A stretch of 63,123 nucleotides of DNA, filler included, from Reticulomyxa filosa (Eukaryota; Protista; Foraminifera): assembly GCA_000512085.1 (NCBI GenBank). It is 19 parts of 19 records of this genome, joined end to end, with 100 filler letters (N's around TTAATTAATTAA, not from the genome) between each part and the next. Parts side by side here need not be neighbours in the genome. Positions count along the whole stretch, not along the records: positions 22,346 to 28,274 come from ASPP01010005.1; positions 28,375 to 30,418 come from ASPP01026685.1; positions 30,519 to 31,518 come from ASPP01050433.1; positions 31,619 to 36,257 come from ASPP01027284.1; positions 36,358 to 39,604 come from ASPP01018712.1; 14 more parts are not named here. One strand, 5' to 3'. Position 1 is the stretch's first letter, and each line of letters begins with the position of its first letter. The position numbers and the translations under genes are program-made. The notes under the pieces are model-generated. The model had not been told where the DNA came from, did no database searches, and was given only the letters and a program-made list of their open reading frames with translations. This document shows, piece after piece, positions 25,401 through 37,310 of the stretch.

Positions 25401-26854
25401 AATCTTTGTGGAACGTGCATTCGACCAGTTGCATCTCAATGCCTTTGACGTTGCCCACGTCGCCAACTCCATTCGAACCCATGGCCCTGGTATCGTGTCC
25501 ACCGCCGTCAACTTTGCCTACCAGTTTTGCGCGTCCAAGTTCGTCCTGTTCCACGAGTTTCTGTACGATGACCACATCAAGTCCCAACTCATTCGCGACG
25601 TTCGTCTGTTTCGAGACAAGAAGCAAGAGTGGAACAATCGCTATCCTTTTGTGCAGGCCAAACAATTTGTTGCTATGATTCGAACCTTTGGTGAAGATGG
25701 CAAAGGACAAACCTTCTTGGACCACTTTCGAGCACTAATTACACAAATCGGTAATGCCTTGGGCTATGTCCGCATGATCCGCTCTGGATTGTTGTATTAC
25801 ACTAGCTCTTCCATGGAATACGTACCCGATGTTGATGATGTCCCCGCTTTTGCTGATCATGTCAAAGAAGCTAGTTTATCCTCAGAAACAGCCCAAGCTT
25901 CGGAGTTTGCTTACTTATCTTTCTTTTTCCAAACCCAAAAAAAAAAAACAGCATTGGATTGCTATTAAAACAAAACTTTTTTTTTTTTTGGAACCCCTCC
26001 CCCCCTCTTCCAAAAAAAAAAAAGGAACTTGGATAATATTTTAAAAACAATGTCGAATTCGTTCGCAGAAGGTGCTGATTATCTGCAAATGCTAGTCATC
26101 GCGTTTGAAAAATTGCTTGCGACTGCAGATCAAACACATCTGCGTAATTTTGTTGCAATCAGTTATATTGCCTTTTTTTCCCCCCCCCCCTCTCCCTTCT
26201 TCTCCTCTACACTTCCTTCCAATCTTTTTATTCATGCAAATTCATGTGTGTGGTTTTTGACTGATTGATATACACAACCATGCACAACTTATTTTTTAAA
26301 AAAAAAAACATTGTAGTGCCGCCTTTGACGTATAATTTTGTGGAATCTCAAATTGGAAAGAAAGATCGCTTGGGTCGAAAGCCTGGAAAAGATGAGGCAG
26401 GATTCACAGACGACGGGTTCGCCTTGGGATGTGCTTTCATTTTGAGAGTGCTAAATTTGTACGACGAGTTCGATGCTTTGCATTGGTGGGATGAGGTCAT
26501 GGAACAAATGGCTAAACAAGATCAACAACAACAACCTTCTGGAAAAGCAGAAAAAAGTCGGCAAGAAAACGACGGAATAGGAACTTGGGAAGGCGATTTG
26601 TCCTTTAAACGAAACAAATTACAGAAAACGGAATGGAAATTGTTATTTTACTCGTTTCAAGCCGCTCGAATTTTCTTTCGCAATGTTTTGTCACCATCTT
26701 GTTTATTGTCCTTTTTTTTTTTTCCTTCTTCTCTGGGGGCACCCGAAACAATTCAGTCATAATGTGTTTTTTATTTTAATGTTTACAAAAATAACTAAAG
26801 GCTGACGTGAAAAAAGCAGAACAACCCGAAAGTGATAAAAAAAGTGATCAGTAA
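22493..26854 (+). CDS. WASHC4: WASH complex subunit 4 (SWIP/KIAA1033), 5' partial. Introns: 22666-22752, 23207/23212-23320, 23486-23566, 23631-23756, 24084-24252, 25105-25218, 25905-26024, 26162-26316, 26685-26800.
   Basis: Conserved blocks [108 protein letters not shown]. Confidence 0.95.
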
Positions 26855-27216
26855 TGTTGGTTGAGAAGGAGAGGAGCTACCATGAATGCAGCTCCTTCGT
26901 CAAAAAATAAAACAATTACTGTGAAAAGTGTCAAAAGGCACCTTTGCTTGTGTGTTCATTTTTTTTCTGGGAAGTAATTAATTATTCTGAGTTCAAGTAA
27001 TTTCGTTTGTTGCAAAAAAAACCTTGTGTCTCAATATCTCTCAAAAAATGTATTAATTTTGCAATTGGAAGTATACATTTTTGAAGGTTAGAATCTCGAT
27101 CAAATAAAAAATATTTTTTGCGATGAAGGGTACGTAGTAAACAACCCTTTTGGCAAGTTTAAAAAAATGTGATACAACTGTACACTGAAACATGCAGAAA
27201 GGATAAAGGAAAAAGA

Positions 27217-28218
27217 TCATGAAGTCTCGGTATATTCCAAATTCAAGGATAAAGAGCCAGAGCGCGTGCTTTCCAAGGGATAATCTTTTTCCATGATACA
27301 TCCCCCAGGTGCTTTCAAAATATTGACAACAGGAAGAGTGAGTTCTCCCATTTTGGTTGCATTTCCAAAGGCGTTGTAATCAAAGACCTTGATAGATATC
27401 TTTTCGTGAACTGGATCTTTTACAGAGAACAAAAATGACTCATTCCACGAAGGATTCAATGACTTGGTAACATGTTTGGTTTTGAAAGTCTTTTTCCCAA
27501 TTTCTACGACTACATAAGGGTCACTAGTCCCCGACTTGTCCATTGCTGGCAGATCTTTTCCATTGTTTACCGTCAGCTTCACTTCTCCATTTGCAAGCTT
27601 CCAAAGTTTTGCCAAGTTTTCCACTTGTTTTTCATCTTGTTGGTCAATGGTCCCCAATTGGTTAATGACCTTTTTTTTTCTTTGTATATTTAAAAAAAGC
27701 TAAAAAAAAAAAAGGGAAGAAAAAACTTGTTCTATCGGCTGCGTAGCACAACGTAAGGAGGCCATAGTCAGAGTAATGTCGTCGACGTTGGGAATTAAAT
27801 CTTTTTTAGACTTGTACTCCTGTGCAACTGCATCAGCTTTGGTACGTTTTGTTTCGGTTGGCATGTTTGCATCACCAATAATCTTGCGAATGGATTCTCG
27901 ATGTGCTGACAAAGACTTCTGAATTTTAAAGTCGCGTACTGCTTGTTCTTTTAACTCCTTCTCTTTATCTTTTCGAATTGTTTCCAATTCTCCTAATAAC
28001 ACATTCCGACGATTGGTGACCAACTTGATCAATTCATCGAATGCGTCGTTAATTTGTTGTCTGGTTTTGTCAACATTTGAGTTTAACTCCGTCGTTCGTC
28101 GGTTTCTCAAGTCTGATTCTATCAAGCCATTTACTTCGTCCAAACGCAAGTATATCTCCAATATCGTTGCGCTTAGCTCAGGTCCGAAAGCTTTCAATTC
28201 TGCAGCCAAGCGGCTCAT
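27217..28218 (-). CDS. Coiled-coil + C2-domain protein; intron 27726-27670
   Basis: C2 motifs GKDLPAMDKSGTSDPYVVV, KTKHVTKSLNPSWNESF, KVFDYN; the intron joins PIEQ|VINQLG in frame. Confidence 0.9.
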
Positions 28219-28374
28219 TTTTCCAAAATTAACAAAGTGCTGGAACACTTTTTTTTTTTTTGAGTGTTTATCCANNNNNNNNNNNNNNNNNNNNNNNNNN
28301 NNNNNNNNNNNNNNNNNNTTAATTAATTAANNNNNNNNNNNNNNNNNNNNNNNNNNNNNNNNNNNNNNNNNNNN

Positions 28375-29116
28375 AAGAGTACGGTCGATTCAGACAAAAT
28401 TGCCTTTGTTTCGTTTTTTTTTTTTGGATACAAATACGTAACAATAAATATGGAGTGAGCAATGTAAAAAATGCAAAAATGCAAAAATACAAATAATATA
28501 AAAAAAAAAAAAGCAAAAAGCAAGTGCAAATCGTACTAGCAAAATGCTGATGCCAGAGGAATTGAACGGAGATGAACTTTACGCTGGCACAATGTCCGTG
28601 TTTGTCGAGAAAACGGAACGAACGACACCGGGCTTGGTGATGGGAACATCGCTGACCGAGTCGCGTGGAATGAGGGATATCCCCGTAAAGTACATGGCGA
28701 ACAATGTACCAACGCAAACGTTTGCCATATCGGAGGCCATCGACGGCAAGGGCATGACGCAGTCCGTGGTATTACCACAAGACAACATGGACGATCATCC
28801 GACTGTTCGCTTCGATACTCGTGAAATGCAACTCACCGATCCACAGTTTCCCATTTCTCATTCTCTTCCTTCTTCTTCCGTTGTTGCTGCTGCTGCTGCT
28901 GCTGGTGGTACTACTACTATTGCTCCTTCAAATCGCATCACACCACCAAATGCACTACCGACATTACCCAATGATACCTCTTTGGTTCCTATGTACAACT
29001 TTGGACAACCCAATGTACCAAACCAGTTCATTGACATTCGTGCCGTGGAAAAACAGGGAACGCAACAGCAAATGGGTAATGTGTAGAGATTTTTTTTTTT
29101 TTTTTAAATTTGTACG

Positions 29117-29152
<36 letters not shown>

Positions 29153-30304
29153 AATTAAATTTTTTTTTAACATGCACGCACATGCATACTTTGCAATGTA
29201 TATATGTATGTATGTATGTAATGTAATGTATACATAGCGCTAATGTATCCAAATAGTTATTTCATGTCTGCAAACAATGGCTATGGCGGACCTTCAGGAT
29301 ACTACAATCTTTCGCCACTGGACTACGCAAAGACAGTGCGAATGGCCAATGCATTAGTGGACCCCCACTTGCAAGACGCAACCGGACCGAAGCGCAAGAT
29401 TCCATCGGACCTGCACGAGTTGAAGGAGACAGTGGAGATAACATCGAACGAGTTGTTGTTTGATGTGGAGATCGGACGAGGCGCGTATGGGACAGTGTAT
29501 AAAGCACGTTGGTGTGGACATGAAGTGGCTTGCAAAAAATTTGCAAAGGAGGACATTGACTCTGTCAAAGCCATGCAATTTTTGAAAGAGTTGCAAACAT
29601 CGACCGAGGCATTCATCCATCCCAATATTATTCGGTATTACGGCTTTTGTCAAACTCCATTCTGTCTGGTAATGGAATACATGGAAGGAGGTAGTGTTCA
29701 AGAGTATCTGCGTCATGACAAGCCTCAATCGATTCAAATCTCTCCACTTCAAAGGATCATGATCGCCAGACAAGCCGCTCTTGGTATCAATCATTTGCAC
29801 AAACATAACATTGTCCATCGCGACATTGCCGCTCGCAACTTGCTCATGGACGACCCCAAATCCAACAAAGACTTTCGCGTGGTCGTCAGCGACTTTTGCA
29901 TGAGTCGCATCTTGCATGAGGAGCCCTATAGCGCTACGTATACTACTGTCGGACCTCTCAAATGGATGGCCCCCGAAGCTTTGAATGAACAAAAGTTCAC
30001 CACCAAGTCCGACGTTTATTCCTTTGGCATCACCTTGTGGGAACTCCTCACCGGACAAGAGCCCTATGCCGATGTCGATCCCGTCAATACTGCTGTCGAA
30101 GTACTGGTCTCCAAAAAACGACCCAAGCTGTATGGAACCATTCACTCCAAACTACAGAAGCTTATGAAACACTGCTGGGATGAAGACCCTGCTGCTCGGC
30201 CCGATTTCCCCGAAATCATTCAGATTTTGGACAACTTCATTGAAAAAGCTGCAAAACAACAAAAGAAAAGACGCAATTCAAGTGAAAGTGATAACGATGA
30301 TTAA
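28375..30304 (+). CDS. Tyrosine-kinase-like / TKL protein kinase (5' partial); introns 28408-28539 and 29076-29237
   Basis: IGRGAYGTVY, VACK, HRDIAARN, DFC in place of DFG, GPLKWMAPE, KSDVYSFG, CW..DPAARPDF. Confidence 0.93.
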
Positions 30305-30699
30305 CACTACCATTTTATCCTTTGCTAAATTTTAACGTGCAAATATACTACATATTGCATTTACATAATACACACTATTCATAATGATAATAATAATAAT
30401 AATAATTGTTATTATTATNNNNNNNNNNNNNNNNNNNNNNNNNNNNNNNNNNNNNNNNNNNNTTAATTAATTAANNNNNNNNNNNNNNNNNNNNNNNNNN
30501 NNNNNNNNNNNNNNNNNNAATTTGTGTAATTTTTGCTTCTAATTTTCATTTAATTGTCCTTTTGACAATGTAAAAAAAAAGTAATTGCTTTGGATTGATA
30601 TAATATGATAAATAGATAGAATATTATTTGGTTATTGGATAGATTATTGTCATATCGAATTGGAATAGTTGTATTAAATAAAATTCATTCAGATAGATT

Positions 30700-30970
30700 T
30701 AATTCAATGCTGGAGTTAATTAAGTATATGCTTTATCACAAATATTGTCAATTGTACATTAATTATTTACACAGTCATATGTCAACACATTCAATATGGA
30801 ATGTTTGTTGATGACGTGTCAATTTGTACATCGATATTTACAGATTATATATATGAAATGAATTATCATTACAACAAATTCTGTATAAAGTACATACTTG
30901 ATTGAATAAATTGAAGATGTTACTTGCAACTTATAAGACATAGTGATTTACATTCATACATCAAAATAAG
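30700..30970 (+). mobile_element. Decayed reverse-transcriptase remnant (non-LTR)
   Basis: GMFVDDVSI-like catalytic motif at ~30797-30825 within otherwise disrupted sequence. Confidence 0.45.
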
Positions 30971-31618
30971 AATTAATATCTTAACATGTTGTGAAAATAA
31001 TTTTGGCTGATTGTATGATTGAATCTTATGAGTCTTTGTTGAAGTTTCAGAGTATAATTCTTTAAACAAATCAAAGAAAATCAAAATAAAAAAAAATTAT
31101 TATTTAATCTTTTGTTTTACTTTTAGTTATGTTGTATCTTTGGTAGATTTAATGACCTTGTATAAAATAATATAATTGATTACTTTTGTAAATGTATTCA
31201 TTGTTAGTGAGTTGCTTGTTTACAATGTTTGTCCAACCTTTTTTTATTTTGGAATATCAATACTACAACTTCTTATCTAAAAAAATCTTGGATAGGTGAC
31301 ACAATCATAGTTTCATATTGTGAAAATTTTGCATTAACAACAAAATTTGAATGTATTTTCAGTTATTGAATTTCTTTTCTTGATTAAATATCAAATTCAT
31401 AAATTCATCCAGTTTTATCAATTAACATGACCGAAACCAATATCTGATTATTATCTAAATTTTTTTGTTTTTTTCAATTGATTAATATTTATTTCGTCAT
31501 CTATTTCTTCAAACTATANNNNNNNNNNNNNNNNNNNNNNNNNNNNNNNNNNNNNNNNNNNNTTAATTAATTAANNNNNNNNNNNNNNNNNNNNNNNNNN
31601 NNNNNNNNNNNNNNNNNN

Positions 31619-31950
31619 GAGCTGAAGGGACGATGGCGATGAGCTGAAGGACGATGAGCCGCATGGACAACGAGCAGCAAGAGCGAGCCGCGTGGATCAC
31701 GACGAGCAGCAAGAGCGAGCAGCAAGAACGAGCAGCAAGAGCGAGCCGCATGGACGATGAGCCAAAGAAACGATGAGCCAAAGAGACGATGAGCCAAAGA
31801 GACGATGAGCCAAAGAGACGATGAGCCAAAAAAACGATGAGCCAAAAAGAGACGATGAGCCAAAAACGATGAGCCAAAAAAAACGATGAGCCAAAGAAAC
31901 GATGAGCCGCATGGACAACGAGCAGCAAGAGCGATCCACACAAATGAGCC
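31619..31950. repeat. Minisatellite of ACGATGAGCC(A)n units bracketed by a 36-bp direct repeat
   Basis: About 10 consecutive 15-18-bp units (e.g. AGACGATGAGCCAAAG). ACGATGAGCCGCATGGACAACGAGCAGCAAGAGCGA is identical at 31651-31686 and 31899-31934. Confidence 0.9.
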
Positions 31951-33257
31951 AACAAAAATATCCACCACAAACGAGCAATAAGAAAATCAAATCAAATATT
32001 AGCATGGAGCAAATCTATAAAAAACAAATTAACAATTCATTTTTATTTCAATGCATTTTTTTTTTTTTTTAATACCGTCGGATTATTTTTTGATCCAAAA
32101 AAAAACATCGTTGGTCGAACACAAATAAATAGCACGATTCCATAACTATTCATTTATTTTATATCAGATTTTTGTAATAAAAACAGTACTCCTTCTTTTT
32201 TTTTAACACAAATACACACACTCTCTTTTTTCAACACAAATACACACACACTTTCTTTTTTTACCTTACACAAAGTTGTTAATATTTGGACAAATACAAG
32301 AGGAGGAAAAAGTTAATAATTAGAGAGAACAGCGAAACAGACTTTGCAATTAAAAAAAAAATTCAATCCTAAAAAGTTTCCTTTTTTTTTTGTCACCAAA
32401 ACTTTTTTGTATCATTCAAAAAAAAATCAAAATATCTTTATAATTAAGAGACCAAAGAAGAATATACTACTACTTGATTAGAGAAAGAGATTTCCTTTTT
32501 TTTTTCACATTCTAATTTTTCCAAATCATGTAATTCATATTTTCGAAAATAAGTGCAATCTTGTTTTGATTTTGTTTTAGGATTCAAGTAAACGTTTCAG
32601 AACGCACACATCAAGTTTTTGTTTTGCAAAATATATTACTACAATAGTTCATAAATAAATGAATATTCTAATTTGATGTTGAATAATTCGTATACAAGTT
32701 GTAGGGCAAGACCCTAAGTATAAAGGGAAGTTCCTGCGTAATTCAGGAAACTCCTTTTTTACAGCAACTTACTTACTTACTTACCTTCTCTTCCAACCTC
32801 TCTTATTCTCTTGTTGTTGCTTATATTCTTCTTTTATTTAAACTAATTTGTTTTTGAAAGATTGCTCAAAGAGCAACTATTCGTATTACACTTAACATTT
32901 CAGTCCAGACAAGCTGGTCAACTTCCTACAAAGTATTGATTTGTTTTAACATGAAACTTTCAAGGGGATAATTTCTCTATTTTTTCGTATACCCTAAACA
33001 ATGATTAAAAAATTTCTCAAAAGTACTTGGACATCGAATGTTAAAGTGCATCTTTGCACTTTGCGAAATAGAAAATGTCTTATCAAAAAAGCGGGTGTTA
33101 ATGAAAGAATGAAAATACACTGAAATAAATAAATATTTAAAATAAAGTTTTGATGAATGAAAAAGTTTCTTTAAATTTTTGCTTCTGATTGTGAAAGAGA
33201 TTTGTTTTGTCAAAAAAAAAAAAAAAGGGAAAACTTTGTGTTTTGAAGTGAAAAAAG

Positions 33258-34338
33258 ATGGAGAAAGAAGTCGAGTTTATTATAGCAAATTGGCTTCGCG
33301 AAATAGACATGAATTGGGGCTGGATTAAAGAATTTAATCAAATGATATTGAAATATGTTATGTTAACATTTCAAATCCACGCGTTTTTTTTTTTGAATTA
33401 TCACAAATTTCTGCAAAAAAAAAAAAACACTGTTGTTTGAACCAAACGAAAAAGGCCAAGTTTTTTCGAGAGTTAAAAGTGTTCCAAGGGCATTTAAGTG
33501 CAGTGACATGTGCTCAATTTTCACCCGATGGTGACATGATTTGTTCGTGTTCCAATGATAAAACAATTCGAATATGGGATATGCAATCAGAAGAAGAAAT
33601 TAAGCAATTCAAAGGACATTCAGATTGTGTGACGAAAGTGCAATACTCACCAGATGGACTAACTATTGTATCCAGTTCATATGATACAACCATTCGATTA
33701 TGGGATGTGCAATCGGGAAGAGAATTGAGAAGCCTAACAGGACATACGGATATTGTCACAGGAGCAGAATTTTCGCCAGATGGCCACGCCATTGTATCAT
33801 GTTCATATGACACTACAATTTTGATATGGAATACCAGTTCAGGACGACAAATACAAAGGATTGAAGGACATTTGGACAAAGTTACAGCAGCGCGATATTC
33901 ACCTGATGGACAAATGATTGCTTCTTCATCATGTGACAAAACATTCGATTATGGGAAATAGTAACAGGAAAACAATTACAAACGCTGGAAGGACATTCGA
34001 ATTGGGTCACCAATATCCACTTTTCAAAAGATGGCCGGAGTATTGTATCTTGTTCTTTTGACGAGACAATTCGAATATGGAATGTACAGTCACGCAAAGA
34101 GATAAAAAGGTTAACAGGATACTTGTTCTTTGTAACGTCGGTACAATTTTCACCTAATAGTCATCTCATTGTATCTTGCTCCTGGGGCAATACAATTCAA
34201 ATATGGGACTTGTCCTCTGGACAGGTGCTCCAAACTCTTACCAATCACTCCGGAGATACAAAAGGAACACAATTTTCATTAGATGGCAAATACTTTTTAT
34301 CTTGGTCTTATGATAAAACTATTCGATTGTGGGGGTGA
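33258..34338 (+). CDS. WD40-repeat protein (~7 repeats) with short lineage-specific N-terminal motif; intron 33357-33454; frameshift at ~33943
   Basis: Repeats of GH...V..AQFSPDG..IVS.S.D.TIRLWD; one extra A restores DKTIRLWE. Confidence 0.9.
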
Positions 34339-35137
34339 CAACAGTACAAACAAATACAATTCAATTGATCTTGGAATTTTGTAAAAAGGATATCGCAATT
34401 TGTATGACTTCCATCTCGTATTCACAGCAAAAAAAACTAGAAAACACTTATCTTTTGCGATTGGACAAAAACAACACAATCAAAAGAAGATAAATGAACA
34501 ACAAATAATTTAAAACTTAGTTATTTCTGTTTGATCATTTTAAACTGGAAAAAAAAATACATTTTTATATTGCTATCAATAATCAGATTGTTTTATCCCT
34601 GGACATGACAAATATTATTTGTATCACATGAAAAATATACAATTAATATCATTCAACCGAATATTATTAGTCATTGTTTTCGAAGTGTTGATTATCATAA
34701 AATATTGACCAACAAATTAAAGAAAATCAAAACAAAAAAAATTTAAACATATATCATCATCAAAAAATATGAAGTTATTACATTGTCTTATTTTGTAGCA
34801 AAGAAGCTAAATTTTGTTTGCTATTTTTGCTTGTTCCTTGGTATATTCCAGTTATCTTCATGTTTACTTTATCTTCGTTTTAATTGCCAAGTATTTTACA
34901 GATATCTGGCATTTCTCAATATGATATTCTCCACTAGCATAAAAAAAATTTTTATATTATTGTAAAAAAAAATTTGCTAGTAAAAAAATTTTTGTTTAGT
35001 ATGTTTTCTTTTAAATCTCTTTGCTAACTTTTTTTGTGCACTTTGTTTAAAAAAAAGGATGACAAAAGTTCAAATTTTACTTTTAATTCGTTTAAGATTG
35101 CCATGAATAAAAGCGATAATCAATGGATATTTCTACT

Positions 35138-36257
35138 AATGAAAATATAGCGTCACAGTTGGTGAACCTTCTCATATATTTCAAAAAAATAAACGTAATT
35201 TTTGTGGAAAAGTCAGAAAAAGAATTAAAAATAATAATTCAAAATTGGGTTCGCACTTTGAATGTGAAATTAGGATGAATCAATGATTTTGACAAAATTG
35301 TAGCCAAATATGTTAATGAATTCTTTTTTTTTCATTTGAGAGTGTTTGTTAATATATTGCGACCAACATCAAAATACGCAGGCAAAGTACTTTAAATTTT
35401 TGAAGATATTTCAAAGATTTGAATATGTAGTGAAAACATTAAGATTTTCACCAGACGGCAAAAAGATTGCTTCAGCATTAAGCGATAAAATAATTTCGAC
35501 TATGAAATTTTGCGTCGGATGAGCAACTGCAAATTTTCAGAGGACATTCCTCATTGGATTTGTGTTACAGAATTTTCACCAGATGGACAAACCATTGTTT
35601 CATATTCGTGGGATGCTACAATTCGATTGTGGGACATAAAATCAGGATTAGAATTGATGAAATTGAAAGGGTATACAGAAATAGGTATCAGAAGTTAAAT
35701 TTTCTCCAAATGACAAACGTGTTGTTTCGAATTCATTAGATCACACGATACGATTATGGGATGTAAACACTGGAAAAGATGTTCAAAGGACGAAATGTCA
35801 TTCCAATGGTGTATTTGCTGTGCAATTTTCATCAAATGGTTAAATGATTATAGCATCTTTTTGTGATAGCAGAATTTCTTTGTGGGATGTAAGTACGTGT
35901 GAAAAATTGAAAGAATTAAAAGGATATTCTAATCCTGTACGATGTGCAAGATTTTTACCAGAAGGTCAATTTATTGTATCTTGCTCAAATGATAAAACAG
36001 TTCGACTATTGGATGTTGAATCAAGAAAGGAAGTGAAAAGGTTGGAAGGATATCCGAGTACTGTGAAAGAAGTGAAATATTTTCCAGATTCTAAGTCAAT
36101 TCGATTATATGATAAGATCAGGAGATGAAATTCAAACGTTGGATGGACATTTTCAATGGATTGCGGGAGTAGATGTTTCACCCGACGGTAATACAGTTGT
36201 ATCATATTCTTATGACAAAAAATTTTAGTGGAAATGAAAAGCTTATGTTTAAAAAAA
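35138..36257 (+). pseudogene. WD40-repeat pseudogene, paralogue of the 33258 gene
   Basis: Same N-terminal motif with an in-frame TGA (KLG*INDFDKIVAKY), same intron position, several stops and frameshifts in the repeats. Confidence 0.85.
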
Positions 36258-36679
36258 NNNNNNNNNNNNNNNNNNNNNNNNNNNNNNNNNNNNNNNNNNN
36301 NTTAATTAATTAANNNNNNNNNNNNNNNNNNNNNNNNNNNNNNNNNNNNNNNNNNNNAGAGAGAGAGAGAAAAAAGGGATTATTGCAAAACAAAATTTTT
36401 TTTTTTTTTTTTAAGTATCGACTACGGGGATACACATAGATAAGCCAACTTATACAGTGAGATTATGTGTGTGTGTGTGTGTATATATATGTATGTGGTG
36501 CACATAGATGGGGACCCGTATATTTATTTTTTTCCTGTGTTGCTTCTTTCTTGACACTCGTATTGAGTTTCCGTAGTGCACTGATAACCAATTCAATCCA
36601 AGGGGTTCGCGCATCGTGGTTTAATTTTTTGTATGCCTTATTAATTGGGACGAGTTTAGGTCTTTTGATTACACTAATG

Positions 36680-36780
36680 CCAATTGCATTGCATGACGAA
36701 TATGATTGCACTTTTCTTGGCTGTTGTCAAGCCAATCATGCCCGAAAAAAGAAGGTCCGCTCCAAGATTGGCCAAAGTTT

Positions 36781-36811
<31 letters not shown>

Positions 36812-36815
36812 ATTA

Positions 36816-36847
<32 letters not shown>

Positions 36848-37310
36848 GGTAATATCGTCGATATTAAAAAGCAACGTACGATTGAACCAACGATCAGCAG
36901 AAACTCCGTTGATATGCCAAAACAGTGTTACAAAATATGGATTCGACAAAGTGTTGAAAAGCTATTTGCCACAACATACCAAAGTAACAGATATTGCTGC
37001 CACATTATTGAGTGAAGAGCAAGAGCAAAAGCAATTGCTTCGATTTCAACAGCAACAGCAACAGCAACAGCAACAACAACGTCAGTCATATGAGTACGAA
37101 CACGAGCAGGAACATGCATCCGTGCATGTACATGAACATGAAGAAGAGATGGAAGAAGACAAAGAAGAAGAAGAGTGCAAATATCATTATAACCTTGTTA
37201 CCCAAAAAAGTGATTTTCCTATTGACTCCATACCTTTGAGATTGCCTAGTAAACTAACCCGAAATTGCAATCCAACATGTTTGCTGCTTTTCAAAAAGCA
37301 TTTGCAGTTT
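36680..37310 (+). CDS. Exons of an uncharacterised Q/E-rich protein; probable intron 36777-36848
   Basis: Removing GTTTTG...A25-G joins ...RRSAPRLAK|VISSILKSNVRLNQRSAE... in frame. Confidence 0.45.

Noticed and set aside
31619-31950. CRISPR array
   Set aside because: No unique spacers, units too short, eukaryotic context, no cas genes.
35270-35285. Stop-codon reassignment (TGA at a conserved Trp)
   Set aside because: Occurs in a multiply disrupted pseudogene; intact genes end in TAA, TAG and TGA and use TGG for Trp.
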